Below are positions 34,079 through 38,742 of a DNA stretch of 38,742 bases, one piece after another. Each line of letters starts with the position of its first letter. Position 1 is the stretch's first letter. The translations under genes were made by a program, and so were the position numbers. Below the pieces are notes generated by a model. That model was given only the letters and a program-made list of their open reading frames with translations. It ran no database searches and had not been told where the DNA came from. Source of the DNA: a virus. Lineage: Duplodnaviria; Caudoviricetes. The stretch lies in the IMG/VR virus record IMGVR_UViG_3300032373_000046, positions 1 to 38,742 of that record; one strand, written 5' to 3'.

Positions 34079-34395
34079 CTAACATAGAAGAGAAGGTGGC
34101 TCGGGCTTTGTTTTATGACCAATTCCAACACCACGCAAATTGGTCAGAAGATGATTACAACGCAGAATACAACGTATGGCCACTAAAGGCTAAGTACGCC
34201 ATAGAAGCCCACACAGCAGCCCTAACCGAAGCGGGCTATGTAATTGTACCAGTAGAGCCTACGGAGGTGATGTTGGAAGCTGGAGAAGAAGCGGCGTTTA
34301 ACTGTCTTGGCCACGAAGTTTTCTTGAGTGACTGCCTAATAGTAAACAAAGCCATGATTGAAGCCATGATAGCCACACCAGATGAGGGGAAGTGA
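34075..34395 (+). CDS. Conserved phage nin-region hypothetical protein
   Basis: GGAGG RBS; IEEKVARAL and GYVIVPVEPTEVMLEAG...KAMIEA motifs. Confidence 0.7.
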   Translation: MTNIEEKVARALFYDQFQHHANWSEDDYNAEYNVWPLKAKYAIEAHTAALTEAGYVIVPVEPTEVMLEAGEEAAFNCLGHEVFLSDCLIVNKAMIEAMIATPDEGK

Positions 34396-34808
34396 TGTAC
34401 TATCAAAATTCACAAGCGGCATTTTTATGCGGTAACGTGCCTAAACGCTGGACAACTTTTTACGATAAGCGTGACAATTGCATTGGAGTTAAGGCTACTG
34501 CGGGCATAACGCTGGGATGGAACGAGGTTAATGGCTCGGCTGTTGATGTTGATTGCATAACCACTATGGCTGATGGGACATCAAAAGCTACGGTTGCTCG
34601 CATTGTAACTGGAGTAGACGGTGAGAAGATACTTGAAGATCAAGCCTTGGGCTTACAGAGGCTTTGCGCCGCCATGAGGCCAGCGCAACCTAAATGGAGG
34701 GGTTGCGAGAATACCTTACAGGCTCAGATTGGCCTATCTGCCAGCAACCAGAGAAATGCTTCGGCAGGATCGTATTTTGGCGGTATTATTCCAGGTATAT
34801 TTTCATGA
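34392..34808 (+). CDS. Hypothetical protein
   Basis: 138 aa; GTGA/ATGA coupling. Confidence 0.55.
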   Translation: MMYYQNSQAAFLCGNVPKRWTTFYDKRDNCIGVKATAGITLGWNEVNGSAVDVDCITTMADGTSKATVARIVTGVDGEKILEDQALGLQRLCAAMRPAQPKWRGCENTLQAQIGLSASNQRNASAGSYFGGIIPGIFS

Positions 34809-35188
34809 AGAACCCCATGACCCTACCTGATAAAGCAATAGAGGCTGTTTCTAATTTAATTTATCCATTGTGGCTAACGGTTTTTAGTGAGATCAAGGCT
34901 AAAGAGATGGCAAGATCAGTTGCTGACGGTGCCATTCAAGCCGCCATAAACTCCCTATGGACACCATTCGACCCACAAGACCCTGAGACATGGCCAAAGA
35001 GCGAATATGCGCCTAGTGGCGATGCGTGGTTGTATAGGTATAAGACACGATTTGGCATTCGTTGCGGCAGTAGCTGTTTTATAAACGGGAAATTCCGTGA
35101 TTATGCTGAAGATGAAGTAGCTGATCACGTATTTGTTCCAATCGACTACATGGACCCCATCCACATAACCCCTACGGAGACAGAGTGA
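34805..35188 (+). CDS. Hypothetical protein
   Basis: Start at MKNPMTLPD; WTPFDPQDPETWP motif common in phage proteins. Confidence 0.6.
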   Translation: MKNPMTLPDKAIEAVSNLIYPLWLTVFSEIKAKEMARSVADGAIQAAINSLWTPFDPQDPETWPKSEYAPSGDAWLYRYKTRFGIRCGSSCFINGKFRDYAEDEVADHVFVPIDYMDPIHITPTETE

Positions 35189-35442
35189 TGACAGACAAAC
35201 CAGCCTTAGTAAAAATCACTGCGCACAAGCCTAACGATTGCAACAGCGGCCTATGGTACGTTTGGCACTCTGATGTTTTTGGTGTGGTGGGGCTTTGTTC
35301 AAAAACCACCGATGGCCTGATGGAAGCGGTAATCCAGTCTTTGCCGAAGGTGATCAAGACAAATGATGCTGATACTTTTAAAAGATACGACAATCTCGTC
35401 GTGGAGTTTTGCTTTCAACACACGTTGACCTTTCGCCGATGA
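35185..35442 (+). CDS. HicB/DUF1902-like protein
   Basis: SGLWYVWHSDVFGVV....KT.DGLME.V...LP.VI resembles the HicB-type partial RNase H fold. Confidence 0.5.
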   Translation: MMTDKPALVKITAHKPNDCNSGLWYVWHSDVFGVVGLCSKTTDGLMEAVIQSLPKVIKTNDADTFKRYDNLVVEFCFQHTLTFRR

Positions 35443-35633
35443 ATAACCCCTACAACGGAAGACACTGCAAGGACTGTGTGCATTCGTCGGAGTATAAGGA
35501 TTGCCGCGCATCGTCTGAAGTTGACCCGTTTGATGGTTCCGCTGTTAGGCATCTAAATTGGCTGTGCTTTTCAGCTCGCGGTTTATCTTCGACATGCGGA
35601 CCTGAGGGCAAACTATACGAGGCAAAGGAATGA
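35439..35633 (+). CDS. Small Cys-rich protein
   Basis: CKDCVH...C...C..AR....CGPEGKLYE. Confidence 0.62.
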   Translation: MNNPYNGRHCKDCVHSSEYKDCRASSEVDPFDGSAVRHLNWLCFSARGLSSTCGPEGKLYEAKE

Positions 35634-35672
35634 AAGCGTGGCGGTAGTTTTTAACAGTTCGGAGTATTGAGT

Positions 35673-35891
35673 ATGAAGAAAGCACCTGTAAGTGATCACG
35701 CATTACTCAGATACCTGGAGCGCGTTGTTGGTTTGAATATTGATGATTGCAAGCGCCACATGGTTACGCCAGAGATAGCGGATGCAATCAAGGCCGGGTG
35801 CAAAAGTATCCGCCAAGGCGGCAACACGTACATCATTGATGGTGGCAAAGTCATTACTGTGATTGACGGGACAGGCAGCTATCGCGATTAA
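35673..35891 (+). CDS. Conserved phage protein with HALLRYLER motif (possibly RelE/DUF4258-like fold)
   Basis: GGAG RBS; VSDHALLRYLERV.G..I...VITVI. Confidence 0.65.
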   Translation: MKKAPVSDHALLRYLERVVGLNIDDCKRHMVTPEIADAIKAGCKSIRQGGNTYIIDGGKVITVIDGTGSYRD

Positions 35892-35970
35892 ATGAAGATT
35901 GTTTAACAACATGAATTTGTGCTAATATTACGCGGGGCATAAACGAGGCGTTAAATCATGGTGACGTTTA

Positions 35971-36117
35971 ATGCTAGACACTTCACTCATTCTCTACAGC
36001 GTAGGCATAACCGCGCTAATCTATATCGTGATAGTATCAGATAACTTCTCAACATGGCGGCAGAGACGGATGGAGCGCCAGAGCTTTTACCTCAACGGAC
36101 GGTGGCATAGTTGGTAA
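35971..36117 (+). CDS. 48-aa single-TM peptide
   Basis: Not in ORF track; MLDTSLILYSVGITALIYIVIVS... after GGTG. Confidence 0.4.
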   Translation: MLDTSLILYSVGITALIYIVIVSDNFSTWRQRRMERQSFYLNGRWHSW

Positions 36118-36161
36118 ATAACCGAAAAACGTAACTTTCCCCACATATAACCATCATTAGC

Positions 36162-36189
36162 TTGCAAAACTTACGAAAACTGTTATTAT
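36162..36189 (+). promoter_or_regulatory. Putative late promoter upstream of packaging genes
   Basis: TTGCAA-N16-TATTAT with TTACGAA in the spacer. Confidence 0.55.
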
Positions 36190-36220
36190 TAACCTAGTTT
36201 TGGTTAAGTGAGTTTTGAGT

Positions 36221-36676
36221 ATGACTGTTATTGCGTGGGACGGCAAAACCCTTGCGGCTGACAAACAGACAAACGGCGACGGCACGATTGGCCGAACCAC
36301 AAAGATTTTCAAAGCAGATAATGGATCGATTCTAGCTTTTTGTGGAATGGCTGGACATATACCTGTATTACTTGAGTGGTATAATGACGGTCAGAAAAAA
36401 GAAGACTGGCCAAAGTTTCAATCAGAAGATGGCTGGACTGGAATAGTAGAAGCCTCAAACGGTGTAGTTAGAGAGTTCGAGCAGCACCCACTCCCAATGA
36501 CACTAGAGGATAACTTTTATGCCTGGGGGTCAGGCGGAAGTTTTGCAATTGGCGCAATGGAGCACGGAGCTTCTGCAATAGAAGCTGTGGACGTAGCGTG
36601 CAGGCGATCAGCAACATGCGGTGGCGGTTGTGATAGCTTTGATAGTCTGTCAGTTGAAATCAAGGCCGCTGAGTAA
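36221..36676 (+). CDS. Ntn-hydrolase (proteasome beta/HslV-like) fold protein
   Basis: M-TVIAWDG..LAADKQ, KIF, CG.AG, AWGSGG.FA.GAM..GASA.EAV..A......GG motifs; Thr follows the initiator Met. Confidence 0.75.
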   Translation: MTVIAWDGKTLAADKQTNGDGTIGRTTKIFKADNGSILAFCGMAGHIPVLLEWYNDGQKKEDWPKFQSEDGWTGIVEASNGVVREFEQHPLPMTLEDNFYAWGSGGSFAIGAMEHGASAIEAVDVACRRSATCGGGCDSFDSLSVEIKAAE

Positions 36677-37227
36677 TGGCCACAAAGCTCACAGATAAAC
36701 AGCAATTGTTTTGTGAGGAATATCTGGTTGATCTTAATGCATACCGCGCTGCTGTGGCTGCTGGATATAGTGAAAAGACCGCAGCCGTTATCGGATATGA
36801 GAACCTAAACAAACCTTACATCGCAGAATACATAAGAAGTTCCCTCGAAAAGCGCCTTAGTGGCCTGGAGATATCTCAAGAGCGTGTACTCAATGAAATT
36901 GCCCGCGTTGCATTTGGTGATGTGCGAAGCCTGTTCAATGAAGATGGTAGTTTAAAGCTAATCTCTGAGCTTGATGACGATGCGGCCCGATCAATTGCTG
37001 GGTTTGATGTCGTGGTTAAAAGCTTGGGCGACGGTGAAGTCGAACATGTAGCCAAGGTAAAGAGCGCAGACAAAATGCGCGGGTTAGAAATGCTCGGCAA
37101 GTATCTGGCTCTATTCACAGAGAAGCATGAACACTCAGGCCCGAACGGTGGCCCGATACAGAGCGAAATCAAACCCTCCGAAACTCTCAAGCATTTACTC
37201 GACGGCATAGCCGGGAGGAAAGGGTGA
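36676..37227 (+). CDS. terS: Terminase small subunit
   Basis: LTDKQQLFCEEYLVDLNA..AA..AGYSEKTA..IG.ENL.KP; DK...LEMLGK.L.LF. Confidence 0.95.
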   Translation: MATKLTDKQQLFCEEYLVDLNAYRAAVAAGYSEKTAAVIGYENLNKPYIAEYIRSSLEKRLSGLEISQERVLNEIARVAFGDVRSLFNEDGSLKLISELDDDAARSIAGFDVVVKSLGDGEVEHVAKVKSADKMRGLEMLGKYLALFTEKHEHSGPNGGPIQSEIKPSETLKHLLDGIAGRKG

Positions 37228-37367
37228 TGCCTGAAGGTCGTGAAAGTAAAATATGGGTTAAATTAAGCACCGGCGAAACGGTGAACTTTCCTATCGGAAT
37301 GAGCGTTATTGATGTTGAAAAAGAATGTGACCGCCTAGAGGGGGAAGCTATTGCAAAGCGTAGCTGA
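37227..37367 (+). CDS. 46-aa ORF between terS and terL
   Basis: Not in ORF track; GGAGG RBS; TGATG-coupled to terS; overlaps terL start. Confidence 0.5.
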   Translation: MPEGRESKIWVKLSTGETVNFPIGMSVIDVEKECDRLEGEAIAKRS

Positions 37368-38703
37368 ACAGGTTGCGGCTTTGCCCGCTAGTGATCGTGA
37401 TGCGGTGTTAGCCTCATTCTCCGAGGATGAATGCGCCGACCTTCTATATGATTGGAGAGGCTTTCTTGCCAGACCAGACCAGATTGCCCCTGAAGGTGAT
37501 TGGGATATATGGATAGCGCTTGCGGGTCGTGGTTGGGGTAAGACCAGAACCGGAGCTGAGTGGGTAAAGGAAAAGGTCGCCAACGGTGAAGCAAAGAGAA
37601 TTGCGCTGGTAGCAGAAACCGCAGCCGATGCGCGGGACGTACTTGTCGAGGGTGAAAGTGGCATTCTCTCACTATACCCTGAAGGTGAAAAACCATTATA
37701 CGAACCATCCAAACGCCGTGTTACGTGGCCTAATGGCGCGGTTGCTACATTGTTCAATGCGACAGAGCCTAGCCAGCTTCGCGGGCCTCAATACGATCTT
37801 GCTTGGTCAGATGAGATTGCCAAGTGGCGCTATGCCAGAGAAACATGGGATCAATTACAGTTTGGTTTGCGTCTAGGCGATAACCCGCAACAGATTGTTA
37901 CCACCACCCCAAGACCGATTGAGATTGTGAAGGCTATCGTTTCGGGTTCAGAGGGAAGTGTTGTTGTTACCAAGGGCCGCACCAAAGACAATGCAGCTAA
38001 TCTGGCTAAGAAGTTCCTCGACAAGATCACCGCTAAATACGAAGGCACGCGATTAGGCAGGCAAGAACTTAACGCTGAAATACTTGGTGATATTCCAAAC
38101 GCGCTTTGGACCTATGCACAGATTGACGCCAGCCGTGTAACAGAAGCGCCGGGGCTTGGCCGCATTGTTGTTGCTGTTGATCCTGCCACTGAAAGCAGCG
38201 GAGTTGATGACGGCGACCACGATAAAAACGGCATTGTTGTTGTTGGATTGTCTTTGGACGGCAAAGAGGGCTACGTGCTCGAAGACGCAAGCCAAGGCGG
38301 AACACCCCATGAATGGGCAACGCAAGCCGTGGCGATGTACGACAAGTGGCAGGCCGATGCAATTGTTGCCGAGACTAATCAGGGCGGCAAGATGGTTGCT
38401 CATACAATCCGCACAGTAAGAAACAATATCCCCATCAAAGAAGTTCGGGCGACACGCGGCAAGCACATTAGAGCAGAGCCGGTTTCGTCTCTGTATGCGC
38501 TGGGTCGTGTTCACCATGTAGGTGCCTTCTCTGAACTTGAAACCCAAATGACATCAATGACAAGCCACGGATATGAGGGTGAAGGCTCACCCGACCCATT
38601 GGATGCGTTGGTGTGGGGTTTGACTGAACTATTCCCAAGCATGGTTTCCAAGCGCGAGCCTAAAAAAGCAACCGTGATCCCCATTAAACATAATTGGAAC
38701 TGA
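37351..38703 (+). CDS. terL: Terminase large subunit
   Basis: Walker A AGRGWGKT, Walker B AWSDE, TTTP coupling motif, nuclease VVAVDP and SPDPLDALVW. Confidence 0.95.
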   Translation: MQSVAEQVAALPASDRDAVLASFSEDECADLLYDWRGFLARPDQIAPEGDWDIWIALAGRGWGKTRTGAEWVKEKVANGEAKRIALVAETAADARDVLVEGESGILSLYPEGEKPLYEPSKRRVTWPNGAVATLFNATEPSQLRGPQYDLAWSDEIAKWRYARETWDQLQFGLRLGDNPQQIVTTTPRPIEIVKAIVSGSEGSVVVTKGRTKDNAANLAKKFLDKITAKYEGTRLGRQELNAEILGDIPNALWTYAQIDASRVTEAPGLGRIVVAVDPATESSGVDDGDHDKNGIVVVGLSLDGKEGYVLEDASQGGTPHEWATQAVAMYDKWQADAIVAETNQGGKMVAHTIRTVRNNIPIKEVRATRGKHIRAEPVSSLYALGRVHHVGAFSELETQMTSMTSHGYEGEGSPDPLDALVWGLTELFPSMVSKREPKKATVIPIKHNWN

Positions 38704-38742
38704 TATGGCACAGACAAAAGAAAAGCGGTTAGCAGATGTTTA
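38616..38742. repeat. Terminal direct repeat, copy 2
   Basis: Identical to 1-127. Confidence 0.95.

Overview
The window appears to be a complete ~38.6 kb circular genome of a temperate podovirus. Bases 1-127 repeat exactly at 38616-38742, most likely an assembly overlap. The virion module is P22-like (portal, scaffold, coat, gp4, gp10, three ejection proteins, tailspike). It is followed by a lysis cassette (holin-like genes, DUF5675 endolysin, spanins), a TylF-like methyltransferase moron, attP (3' end of a tRNA, probably tRNA-Arg), a tyrosine integrase and xis, a long leftward early operon, a lambda-like cI/cro switch with five 17-bp operators, a YdaU-type replication initiator, a nin-like region and the terminase genes. 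SSB, xis and terminase sequences point to an alphaproteobacterial host (inference). The most striking feature is an array of 13 consecutive small genes (19662-23347), each preceded 10-20 nt upstream of its start by a conserved 16-bp motif (consensus TGMCAAACAACSCCSR on the minus strand). Upstream genes read through this motif in one fixed frame and take their stop codon from the next unit, and a 22-bp direct-repeat pair lies at the head of the array. This looks like an integron-like but non-attC gene-cassette system in a phage. Other points of interest are a tRNA-like RNA with an internal multi-T-loop insertion, a structured PL leader, a LapG-like protease and an unusual spanin frame arrangement. 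All family calls come from motif recognition by eye, not database searches.
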